64,000 nucleotides of DNA from an uncultured delta proteobacterium. GTDB taxonomy: Bacteria > Myxococcota_A > Polyangia > Polyangiales > Polyangiaceae. Positions 10,118-20,339 of the stretch are shown piece by piece. The stretch is from NCBI GenBank assembly GCA_963850305.1, contig CAWKKR010000008.1:1280001-1344000 (forward strand), read 5' to 3'. Position 1 is the stretch's first letter. Each line of letters begins with the position of its first letter. A model generated the notes under the pieces. It did no database searches. It was not told the DNA's origin and worked only from the letters and a program-made list of their open reading frames with translations. A program made the position numbers and the translations under genes.

Positions 10118-10827
10118 GCCTCGTCGATGAGGAGGCGGGCTTCGTTGAGCCCCCGGCTCACGGGCGCGACGCGCGGATCGGTGCGGATGTGTTCGATGAG
10201 CCCGCCCATGGCTTGACGGTACGTGTCGAGATCGATCTCCCCGCGCAGGAGCTCGACGCGAAGAAAGATGCCCGCCGTTTGAACCACGTCGCACAGACAA
10301 TAGTCCCGCACCTCGTCGATGCGGCCTGCGTGGACGAGGGGGCCCACGTCGTGCCCGGCGATCCCGACTTTCCCCGGCATGCCGCAGAGTCGCGCGATGA
10401 CGTCGAGCTTCGACGGCTTGGCGGCGCCGAAGTCCGCGACGTAGTCCATCAGATCGAGGTGTCCCTCGGCCGAGTATCGATAACGGATTTCGCGCGAGCG
10501 ATAATAGTGCCGGAGCTGCACGCCGTGGCGGAGGCAGCGCGCGGCGATGACGGGCATGTCGAACCCGCGCCCGTTGTACGTGACGAGGTCCGGGCGACGC
10601 TCGTCCAGGAAGCGCGCGAAGTCGCGAAGCGAGGTGGCCTCGTCCCTGCCGTCACCGATGACCCCGAGCCGGCTGACCTTGTAGTCCGCGTCGAACCACA
10701 GAACCCCGATGACGACGATCTGGTGGTGCGGCGGAGCCGGCAGCCGTTCCACGTCGCTGCCCTCGGCAATGGGGAGCTCGGGATCGAGCACGGTCTCGAT
10801 GTCGAGGACCAGATAGGAACGCCGCAC
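10114..10827 (-). CDS. Predicted 3'-5' exonuclease related to the PolB exonuclease domain (DEDD)
   Basis: LDIETV, LVTYNGRGFDMPVI, HLDLMD, YCLCDV; ATGA overlap with ilvA. Confidence 0.88.
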   Translation of the reverse strand: MRRSYLVLDIETVLDPELPIAEGSDVERLPAPPHHQIVVIGVLWFDADYKVSRLGVIGDGRDEATSLRDFARFLDERRPDLVTYNGRGFDMPVIAARCLRHGVQLRHYYRSREIRYRYSAEGHLDLMDYVADFGAAKPSKLDVIARLCGMPGKVGIAGHDVGPLVHAGRIDEVRDYCLCDVVQTAGIFLRVELLRGEIDLDTYRQAMGGLIEHIRTDPRVAPVSRGLNEARLLIDEA

Positions 10828-11021
10828 CTAGGAGAGCATGGGCCCTTGCCGAGATGGCGGTCAATGCGGACACAATTCGAAGAGGTTTCCCTGGGTTATG
10901 TGCTATTTCAGGGGTCTTCGCCGGCGCATCCCATTCGGGGATACGGAGGTCCTTTACGGCGGGGGGGCGACATGCCCTGATAGCCGGTGCCAGCCCGGCG
11001 AATCCTGTCCGGCCCGAGCAA

Positions 11022-13086
11022 ATGGCCCGAAATATTCTCGTCATCAACGTCGACCTTCGAGAGACCCGCGTTGCCCTGATTGAAAACGGCGTGATCGCCG
11101 AGCTTCAGATCGAACGCGCCGCGAATCGCGGGAGCGTCGGCAATGTCGTACTGGGCAAGGTGACCCGCGTGCTTCCTGGCATGCAGGCCGCATTCATCGA
11201 TATCGGGATGGAACGCGCGGCGTTTCTCCACGTCGAAGACTTGATTCGTCCCGACGACTTCGAGGCGTATCTCGCCGGCGGGGGGACCGGCGCGAACGAG
11301 GACGGGGACGAACACATTCGCGGCGAGTCCGCGCGCCGCGCCGATTACGGCACCGCGCCCGTGGCCGAGGACGACGACGATGACGAGGAAATCGTCATCG
11401 GACCCGAAAAGCCGGATACGGACGAGCCGAGCGACCCCGCGGGCGCCGAAGAACACGACGGCGATGAAGCGAGCGATCCCGAACCGACCGAAGACGCCGA
11501 GCCGGAGGAGGGCGCCGCGGATGCGGACTCCGAGGGCTCGGAAGAGCCGGACGACCCGGAAGAGGAGGACGCGCCTGCCGTCGCCGCGGAGGGCGATTCT
11601 GGCGAAGGCCCCCGGGCACCGCTCGCCGCGGAGTCGCCGGCGGGCGCGGGCACGGTGGACAAGGCGCAGGAAGATCTCGGAGCTCCGCCAGGCGCCTGGC
11701 CGGAGGCGGCGACGACGGCGACGAAAGGGTGGCGTGGCGAAAGCGGCCGAGGCGCCGCCGGCGGGCAAGGCTCGCAACGACGCGAAGGGACGTGAGAGCG
11801 ACCAGGGGCGTGACAACCGCAATGGTCGCCCCGGCGCTCGCCGCAAGGATGCGCGCCTTTCACGCTCGGTGCCGATCACGGAGGTCGTCAAGGAGGGGGA
11901 CGAGGTCATCGTCCAGATCTCGAAGGAGCCGATCGGCACCAAGGGCGCGCGCGTGCACGAGCCACGTCTCGCTGCCCGGCCGCTACGTCGTCTACCTGCC
12001 GACGGTCGAGCACATCGGCATCTCGAAGCGCATCGGGTCCGCACAAGGAGCGCGCGCGCCTGCGCGAGTCGATCGAGGCGATGAAGCCGCCGAAGGGCGG
12101 GCTCATCGTGCGCACCGTCGCCGAAGGGCTCACGAAGAAGCAGCTCAAGGCGGACGTCGGCTACCTCGTGCGCCTCTGGGGCGAGGTCGTCGCAGAAGCA
12201 CGAAGGCGCAAAGGCGCCGACCATCCTCTACACGCGAGCTCGATCTCGTGCTGAAGACCGCGCGCGACCTCTTCACCGACGAGATCGACGAAGATCGTCA
12301 TCGACGACAAGGAGCAGTACGAGCGGCTCGTTCGCTTCGTCGAGATGTTCATGCCCGAGCGCGTCGAGGGACATCGAGCTCTACACGGGCGACGAGCCCA
12401 TCTTCGACGCGTACGGCATCGAGGACGAGATCAGCCGCGCGCTCAGTCGCGCAAGGTGCCGCTCCCGAGCGGCGGCTACCTCATCATCGATCAGGCCGAG
12501 GCGCTGACGGCCATCGACGTCAACACCGGCCGATTCGTCGGCAAGGGCAGCCAAGGACTCGAGGAGACGATCCTCAAGACGAACCTCGAGGCCGTCGACG
12601 AGATCGCCTACCAGCTCCGCTTCCGCAACATCGGCGGGCTCATCATCCTCGACCTCATCGACATGGAGCGGCACGCCAACCGCGAGAAGGTCCGGCGCGC
12701 CCTCGAGGAGCTCCTCGCAGAAGGACAAGGCGAAGACGACGCTGAACCGCATCAGCGAGCTCGGCCTCATCGAGATGACGCGCAAGCGCACGCGCGAGAG
12801 CCTCGGGCGCGTGCTGCACGAGCCGTGCTTCTACTGCGACGGCACCGGGCAGCTCCAGTCGCAAGCGAGACGATCGCGTACGAGATCCTGCGCCAGATCC
12901 GGCGCGAGCGCGCGCAGCTGCCCGGCTACTCCGTCGTCGTCAACGCTCACCCCGCGGTCGTCGACTTCATGCAGACCGAAGAGCGCGCCGCGGTCGAGGA
13001 GGCGGAGCCGGCTTTCCAGCGGCGGATCACTGCTCACCCCGCGCAAGGAGTATCACCTCGAGCAGTTCGATCTGCAGGGGAAGTGA
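11022..13086 (+). CDS. rng: Ribonuclease E/G family protein with long acidic insertion in the S1 domain; many frameshifts in this assembly
   Basis: ETRVALIENG, GKVTRVLPGMQAAFIDIG, QISKEPIGTKGAR, GGYLIIDQAEALTAIDVNTGRF, LRFRNIGGLIILDLIDM, MTRKRTR, CFYCDGTG zinc link, spread over several frames. Confidence 0.9.
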
Positions 13087-13101
13087 AGCGACCGCGGGAC
13101 C

Positions 13102-13420
13102 ATGACGGACACGACGAGCGACGCGACGAGCGCGTCACGATCAACAAAGAGTTCGAGTCGTTCGACGCGTTCATCCAAGAGTACGTGACGAACATCTCGC
13201 GGACCGGCGTGTTCATCAAGACGGCGACGCCGCTGCCGGTCGGCACGAGCGTGAACCTCGGTTCACGCGTCATCATGGACGACATCGAGACGGTCGAGGG
13301 GATCGGCGAGGTCGTGCGCGTCGAAGCCGACCCGCCGGGCATGGGCGTCGTCTTCCGGAGCTCTCGAGCTACTCCCAGGGTCTGATCGAGAAGCTCTTGA
13401 CCGTGCAGTCGGGCGCCTGA
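13102..13420 (+). CDS. PilZ domain protein (myxobacterial TIGR02266-like), frameshifted
   Basis: ERRDERV, YVTNISRTGVFIKT, EGIGEVVRV, PGMGVVF. Confidence 0.8.
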
Positions 13421-13517
13421 GTCGTCGCGCCCCTTCCCGCGCCTGGCGGGCCGGCACGATCATTGCTCGATGTAGGGCGCTATCTCGCATACACCTACCA
13501 ATAGAGGAGGGGGCCAA

Positions 13518-14942
13518 ATGAGCAAAATCCTGGTCGTGGATTCGGATGAAACGACGTGCGCGCGACTCCGGCTACGGCTGGAGGCCGAGGGCCACGACGT
13601 GGCGATTTTCAGCGCGGTGAACGGTGCTTGCGAGTCATTTCGAGCGGGGGTGGACGCCGTCGTGCTCGGCCTGACGTCTCCGGGCGATCCCGCCCTCACG
13701 ACGCTGCGGGCGCTCCGTCGAATAGACTCGGCGGTTCCGGTAATCGTCGTCGCGCGTTCGTCCGAGGACGCGATTTCTGCGCTTCGGGAGGGTGCGCACT
13801 TTGCCGCTCGCGCCCCCATCGACGTCGAAGAGGTGGCGCTCCTGGCGAACCGCGCCCTGGAGGCCCCCCGGAGTCGGCGGGTGCTCGCGCGCGGTGCCGG
13901 GAGCACGAATATCGACGAGCTTCTGGTCGGACGCACGCCGGCAATGTCGTCCATCAAGGAGACGATCCGCCGTCTCTCGACGAGTCCGGGCACCACGGTC
14001 CTCGTCACGGGCGAGAGCGGCAGCGGCAAGGATGCCGTAGCGCGCACGCTGCACGCGGCGACTGCACCGGATGCTTCCTTCGTTTATCTCACCCCATCCG
14101 CTCTCCGGGAACCATTGCTCGAAGTCGAGCTGTTCGGGATCGAATCCGGCGCCTCTCCCGATCACGCGACCCACGCCGGACTGCTCGAGTGCGCCGGCTG
14201 CGGCACGTTGTTTCTCGACGAGATCAGCGACATGCCGCCGTCTCTCCAGGCAAAGCTTCTTCGCTTTCTCGAGGGGAAGACGTTTCGAAGGATAGGCGCA
14301 ACCGAGGATCGTACGTCGGAAGCGCGCGTCGTCGCGTCCACGAGCTCGGACGTCCACGCCGCGGCTCGAAACGGGGTGCTGCGCTCCGAGCTCCTTTACC
14401 GGCTCCTGGTCGTCGTCATCGAGGTGCCGCCGCTTCGCGAACGACGGACCGACATTCCGCTCCTCGTCACACATTTCCTGGACGCGTTCGCGCGACGCCT
14501 CGGAAGGCCGCGGCTCACGGCAACCCCTTCTGCGCTGCGGTCGTTGACCGCCCACGCTTGGCCAGGAAACGTACGAGAGCTCGCGAACGTCATAGAGCAG
14601 GCGGCGCTTCTGTCCGAGAAGGACACGCTCGACGTCTCCGACTTCTCGCTCCCCCCGCCCAGGCCATCCAGGGTCGAGTTCCGCCTGCCAGCCGGCGGTA
14701 TCGAGTTCAGGAAGCTCGAGCGCGAGGTCGTCGAACAGGCGCTTCACCTCGCCCGTGGCAACCAGACCCGAGCCGCGTCTCTACTGGGGATGACCCGGGA
14801 CCAGATCCGTTATCGGATGCTGAAATTCAACATGAACTTCCGCGACGCCGCGGGCGCGCCGGCGGCCAGCGCCGCACGACCGATAGAGGCCACCTTCAAC
14901 GCCGACGTGCGCCTCGACGTCGCCGAGCGGCGCGCCGGCTGA
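13518..14942 (+). CDS. Atypical NtrC-family enhancer-binding protein (pseudo-receiver, AAA+, Fis-type HTH)
   Basis: GESGSGKD, LFLDEI, LQAKLLRFLE, WPGNVREL, GNQTRAASLLG; RBS GAGGAGG; GAFTGA replaced by GASPDH. Confidence 0.9.
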   Translation: MSKILVVDSDETTCARLRLRLEAEGHDVAIFSAVNGACESFRAGVDAVVLGLTSPGDPALTTLRALRRIDSAVPVIVVARSSEDAISALREGAHFAARAPIDVEEVALLANRALEAPRSRRVLARGAGSTNIDELLVGRTPAMSSIKETIRRLSTSPGTTVLVTGESGSGKDAVARTLHAATAPDASFVYLTPSALREPLLEVELFGIESGASPDHATHAGLLECAGCGTLFLDEISDMPPSLQAKLLRFLEGKTFRRIGATEDRTSEARVVASTSSDVHAAARNGVLRSELLYRLLVVVIEVPPLRERRTDIPLLVTHFLDAFARRLGRPRLTATPSALRSLTAHAWPGNVRELANVIEQAALLSEKDTLDVSDFSLPPPRPSRVEFRLPAGGIEFRKLEREVVEQALHLARGNQTRAASLLGMTRDQIRYRMLKFNMNFRDAAGAPAASAARPIEATFNADVRLDVAERRAG

Positions 14943-15108
14943 GGATCGGACACTCAGCCAGCGATTTGTTTGCGGCGGCGCTTGTTCTTGGCCTTGATCT
15001 GAGCCTTGAAACGAGCGCTGCGCTTCCGGTCGCGCGTCTTGGGTCCGATTTTCGCGAGGAACATGGCCGCCCGCTTTTACGGCGTTCCATCCCCCAGCGC
15101 AACTCCCA

Positions 15109-15279
15109 CGAGAGCGTCGAGATGCCCCAGCGCTGGAAGCCAGCTCAATGAGAGGAAGCCCTGGGGTGGTGGCGAAGACCGCTGGGGCAGATCGGCGGGT
15201 AAGGCGCGGAGCCGTGCGAAGGCACGGCGAGCACCGAGAGCGTCGAGATGCCCCAGCGCTCGAAGCCACCGCCCCAGGG
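15109..15279. repeat. Intergenic REP/MITE-like unit: 34-bp direct repeat plus internal inverted copy
   Basis: CGAGAGCGTCGAGATGCCCCAGCGCT(G/C)GAAGCCA at 15109-15142 and 15235-15268; 15159-15193 is partly complementary to the second copy. Confidence 0.75.
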
Positions 15280-15281
15280 CG

Positions 15282-15870
15282 TCAGGCGCCGCGTTTTAGT
15301 TCGGTTAGAACCAGCTTGCTGACGGCCTTCAGCGTGTCGAACACACCGACCCCCGTGCGGGCCACGGCCTCGTAGTCCGGGACGTTCATCGGGTTCAGGA
15401 CCTGGCGCAGCTCTTCGACCGTGACGGCGTTCGGCAGGTCACGCTTGTTGTACTGCACGACGTACGGGATCTTTTCGAGCGAGTAACCCTGCTCGGCGAG
15501 GTTCGTGCGCAGGTTTTCGACGCTCTCTTCGTTTGCCTCGAGCCGCTCGAGCTGCGAGTCCGCGACGAAAATGACGCCATCCACACCCTTCAGAGATCAG
15601 CTTGCGGCTCGCGTCGTAGAAGACCTGACCCGGCACGGTGTAGAGATGAAACCGCGTCTTGAACCCGCGGATCTCACCGAGCGACAGCGGCAGGAAATCG
15701 AAGAAGAGCGTTCGCTCGGTCTCCGTCGCGAGCGAGATCATCTTTCCCTTCGCATCGGGGTTCGTGCGCTCGTAGATGTACTGCAGATTCGTCGTTTTCC
15801 CGCAGAGCCCTGGCCCGTAATAGACGATCTTGCAGTTGATCTCCCGGGCCATGTAGTTGATGAAGCTCAT
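15282..15870 (-). CDS. mglA: Gliding-motility small GTPase MglA (one-base frameshift near 15594)
   Basis: [53 protein letters not shown]. Confidence 0.97.
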
Positions 15871-15882
15871 CGCGCTACCCGA

Positions 15883-16362
15883 TCAATCGTTGAAGAGGTT
15901 GTCGATGTCTTCGTCGGTGATCTCCGCAAACGGTGAATCTCCGCCCGGCTCCTGAACCTTCGAGAGCAACGCTTCGAAGATTCGGTTCAGCTCCTCGCTC
16001 GCTTTCCTGACGCGCAAACGGACGAGCCCGAGGCTCGACTTGGAGTCGAAAATGACTACCAGGATGACGCGATTTCCGACGAGCTGGATGTGGATGTTCG
16101 CGTTCTCTCCCTCGTGGAACTGGGTCGCGAACTCGTTCTCGCGAAGGAGCTTTGCGATGCCTCCCGTCGCGGCGATGTTTCCAGCCGTGAGCGACGCGAG
16201 GGACGTCGTGTCGATGTTGTCCACCTCACCGCTGGCGGCGATGAGCTGTCCATTCTTGTCGACGATGAAGACTACCCTGGCGTTCGCCTCCTTCACCAGG
16301 CGGTCCACGACCGTCTGGATCTGGTTGAACTCCTCTTCGTACATCACCATCTGAGGATTCAT
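15883..16362 (-). CDS. mglB: Roadblock/LC7 GTPase-activating protein MglB
   Basis: MVMYEEEF, VFIVDKNGQLIA, SLASLTAGNIAATGGIA, SSLGLVRLRV, FAEITDEDIDNLF; directly upstream of mglA. Confidence 0.96.
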   Translation of the reverse strand: MNPQMVMYEEEFNQIQTVVDRLVKEANARVVFIVDKNGQLIAASGEVDNIDTTSLASLTAGNIAATGGIAKLLRENEFATQFHEGENANIHIQLVGNRVILVVIFDSKSSLGLVRLRVRKASEELNRIFEALLSKVQEPGGDSPFAEITDEDIDNLFND

Positions 16363-16650
16363 TCGGGCCTCCGCGAACCTGCTCGCGACACGATGGCTCC
16401 AAGCGCCGGCGCGCACCGCCTCGCGATCGGGTCGCATGATAAGGACGAGATCTGGGCGACCCCGACGAGCGTCCAGCACGTTCCTCTTGAGCTTGACATG
16501 GCGCGGACGTAGTGGAGGCCGCCGGGAACTTCCGAGCGAGCTTTCCACCCCTTCTAACTGAGCGGAACCGGGCCATCAAGGCACGTCTTTCGATTCTCCT
16601 TCTTGTAGACTGGTTCCCGCAACCCTCCGGATGGAACGACCGGGCCTCCC

Positions 16651-19600
16651 GTGAAGACCATATTTTTAGCCGCCCTCGCGGTGGCGAGCGCTTTCACGGC
16701 GGACGCTCACGGGGAGTCTGCGCCGTTTCACCCGGATTTGCTCGCGGCGACGGGAAAGCTCGACCGCGCCCGCGGTCCGGAGCTATACGCGGCACTCCGC
16801 GCGGTGTGGGACACCTGGGACCGGGCGGACCCTGGCCAGGTGGAAGCGGTGCTTGCCAGCGCCGAAGACGACGCGCGGCTGGACCCTCCGGCGCGTGCTT
16901 ACGCGGGCATGCTCGGCGCCTACGCGCGGCTCCGCCGAGGGGATACCGCCGCGGCGGGTGCGAAGATCAAGGCGCTGGGGTTCGTCGACCACTTTACTGC
17001 CATCGGGCCCTTCGACGACGAAGGGAAGGCGGGGTTCGACGCGGTCTACGGGCCCGAGAGCGATTTTGGCTCGCCGATCGTGCCGGGACGGGCCGAGTCC
17101 GGGAAGGAGCGACCGGTGCGGTGGCGCACCGTCCCGGACGCGTTTCCGTACGGCTACGTCGACTTCGAGAGCCTCGTTCGCCCCGACAAGAAGATCTGCG
17201 TGTACGCGACCACCTTCGTCTCGGGGAAGACCGGACCCACCGGGCGCGACATCGGGATCTGGGTCGGCGCGGCAGGCGCGGTCAAGGCGTTCTGGAACGG
17301 CGCGATGGTGCTCTCGGACTCGGCCGAACGCCGCTTCGACGTGGATCGCCTGGCCGGGGTCGTGCACCTCCTCCCCGGCGAGAACAATCTCACCATCAAG
17401 GCGTGCAACACCGAATCCGCGCCGATCGTCGCCGTCCGGTTGTCGGACGCACGCGGCAAACCGGACCCGACGCTCCAGACGACCAACACGATCGAGGCCA
17501 GCGCGAAGGCCGCGGCAGTCGTGCAGAGCCAGAAAAAGGGCGCGCCAGCCCGCGCAGAGCCTGGAAGGGCCGATTCAGATCTTCGAACGGCTCGTCGCCG
17601 GCAAGCGGCCGCGAACGACCGACGAAGAAGCGTACGCGAGATATCTCGTCGCGACCGGTGGTGACAATCCCGCGGTTCATCGCGCGCGCGACCTGGCTTC
17701 GGATGCGGCGGATACGGAGCCCACCATCGATCGACTGCTCTTTGCCGCCGACCTGGCCGAGGATCGCAATCAGCGGGCAGCGTGGATCGATCGCGCGGAC
17801 AAGCTGGTTCCCGCCGGAACACGCGACGTCCGTGTGCTCCTGGCAAAGGCGGCGCTCGCGCGGGAGAGCCTGAACGCGAGAGCGGCATTTCCGCTCTACG
17901 CCGACGTGCTCCGGACCGATCCGGACGACGTGGACGCGCTCCGCGGCGAGGTCGAGCTCTACGATGAGGTCGGGTTGCGCCGCACCGCGCTCGCGACGCT
18001 CGCTGCTGCCGTCGACCGGAACCCGAGCTCGGTGCTGCTCCTCAATATGTACGCGTCGCAGCTGCGCGCGCTCGGACACGACACCGACGCTGCCGCCGTC
18101 GAGTCACGGTACGCGGCGTACCGTTTCGACGACCGGACGCTGCTCGGTCGGCTCATCGATCTGGGCCTGGCGCGCCGTGACCGGGAGGCGACGGAGCGCT
18201 GGGTCGATCGGCTGCTTGCCGTCGAACCCGACAATCAGTGGGCCCTGGGCACCGCGGCGCATGCCTATCGAGCTCTGGGCGAGCCCGAGCGCGCCGTGGC
18301 GACGTACGAACGCGCCCTCGCTCTGTCGCCGGAGGACGTCGGCACGCTCCGCTCGCTGGCGGATCTCGACGGTGAGCTCGGCCGGCGCGACAATCAGCTC
18401 GCGCTCCTGTCCCGTGTTCTCCAGGTCACGCCGCAGGACAAGGACGTCCGTGAATACGTCGAGCACCTCGAGCCGACCGGTTCGCGAATGGATGAGTCCT
18501 TCGCGTGGGGAAAGGACCGATTCCTCGAGGAGCGCCACGCCCCGGCCGCGGGACAGAACCAGCGTACGCTACTCGATCTGACCGTCACGACCGTGTTCGA
18601 GAACGGGCTCTCCAGCAAGTTCCGGCAGGTCGTCTTCCAGCCGCTCACCGAGAGCGCGGCGGCGCTCGCCCGCCAGTATGCGTTCGAGTACCAGGCGGAT
18701 TCCGAGCGCGTTCAGCTCCGAGGAGCCCGCGTCTTTCGGGGTGACGGCACGGTCGACGAGGCCATCGAGAGCGGCGAAGGCGCCGCCGACAATCCTACGA
18801 TCGCGATGTACACATCGGCGCGCACGTTTTACGTGCAGTTCCCTCGCCTCGAACCCGGAGACGTCGTCGAGCTCAGGTACCGCGTCGACTCGGTGAGCCT
18901 GCAAAACCAGTTTGCGGACTACTTCGGCGAGGTCGCGTATCTCCAATCGTCGGAGCCCATCGGCCACGCGGAGTACGACCTCGTCACACCGAAGAGCCGT
19001 ACGTTTTATTACGACAGCGCTCACGTTCCGGGCTTGAAGCAAACGACGGAAGACAGGGGCGCGCTCCGCGTCTATCGCTTCTCCGCGGACGCCGTGCCGG
19101 CGATCACGCCGGAGCCGGCGATGCCACCGTGGCCGAGTCTCCTCGGCTTCGTCCACGTGTCGACCTACAAGACGTGGAAGCAGCTCGGTCACTGGTACTG
19201 GGGCCTCATTCACGACCAGTTCGACGTGGACGACGAGACGCGGAAACTCGCGTTCAAGATTGCGGCCGGCAAGGAGACCCCCATCGAGAAGGTCAAGGCC
19301 GTTTATGATTGGGTGGTAGGGAACACGCGCTACGTCGCGCTCGAATTCGGCATCTACGGGTACAAGCCGCACCGCTGTGTGCGGACGGTGGCGCGCGGGT
19401 GGGGGGATTGCAAGGACAAGGCAACCGTCATCGTGACGCTGCTGAAGGTGCTCGGGATCGACTCGACCCTCGTCGTCGTTCGTTCCGGCATGCGAGGAGG
19501 CTTTGATTCGACCGTGCCGAGCTTCGCGCCGTTCGATCACGCCATCGCGTACGTGCCGTCGCTCGATCTCTACCTGGACGGGACGGCCGAATACTCGGGC

Positions 19601-20339
19601 GCGTACGAGCTGCCGGCCATGGACGCCGGCGCAATCGCGCTCCGGTTGAACGAGGGCGACGCGGAGCTCGTGCACCTGCCGATCCCGGATCCCGAACACG
19701 ATCTGCGAAGGCGGGAGGTCGTCGCCACGCTGCACCGCGACGGCAGCGCGCAGCTCGATCTCACCTACGAGACCGTCGGGACCTCGGCGGCCTCCTGGCG
19801 GCGTCGATTTCACGCCGAGAGCGCGCGGAGGGGATCGGCTCACCGAAGAGCTCGGGGGGGAGTTCAACGCGTTCTCGCTGGCCCCCGGACCTTCGGCAGT
19901 GACGGTCTCCGATCTCGACGACGTGGAGCAGCCCGTCGTCGTGAAGGCTCACGGCGTCGCAGCGCATCTCGCGCGCGAGGAGGGCGCCAACGAGAGCGTG
20001 CCCGTCACGCCCGGCTTTCGTCTCACACCCACGTACGCGTCGCTGTCGGAGCGCCGGCTACCCGTCAAGCTCCCGCCCCTCGGCACGCTCGACGACACGT
20101 TCGTGGTGAAGCTCCCGCAGGGCTTCCACGTCGTGTCCACGCCGCCGAATGCGGCGGCAAGTGGACCCTTCGGCGACTACTCCGTCACCGTCGAAGCTCA
20201 GGCGAACAAGGTCGTCGTGCACACGCGGGTGACCGTTCGAACCCTCATGGTCTTGCCGGATCGATATTCCGCGTGGAAGCAGTTCTGTGCTGACGTCGAC
20301 GCCGCGCTCACCCCTCGGCTCGTGATTGGATCCCCGTGA
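16651..20339 (+). CDS. Secreted TPR + DUF3857 + transglutaminase-like protein (frameshifts near 17540 and 19830)
   Basis: Signal peptide, IGPF beta-sandwich domain, TPRs, FPRLEPGDVVELRY, GWGDCKDKA / FDHAIAY / YLD triad. Confidence 0.85.

Noticed and set aside
10833..10855. Sigma-54 promoter upstream of the exonuclease
   Set aside because: GG-to-GC spacing is off by one base.
11700..13420. Pseudogenisation or programmed frameshifting of rng and the PilZ gene
   Set aside because: Many scattered single-base indels with otherwise well-conserved motifs point to a low-quality long-read consensus; raw reads are needed to confirm.
15282..15870. mglA as a true pseudogene (likewise tamB and the DUF3857 genes)
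   Set aside because: Single indels in otherwise highly conserved sequence, with no slippery site or other decay; probably sequencing error.
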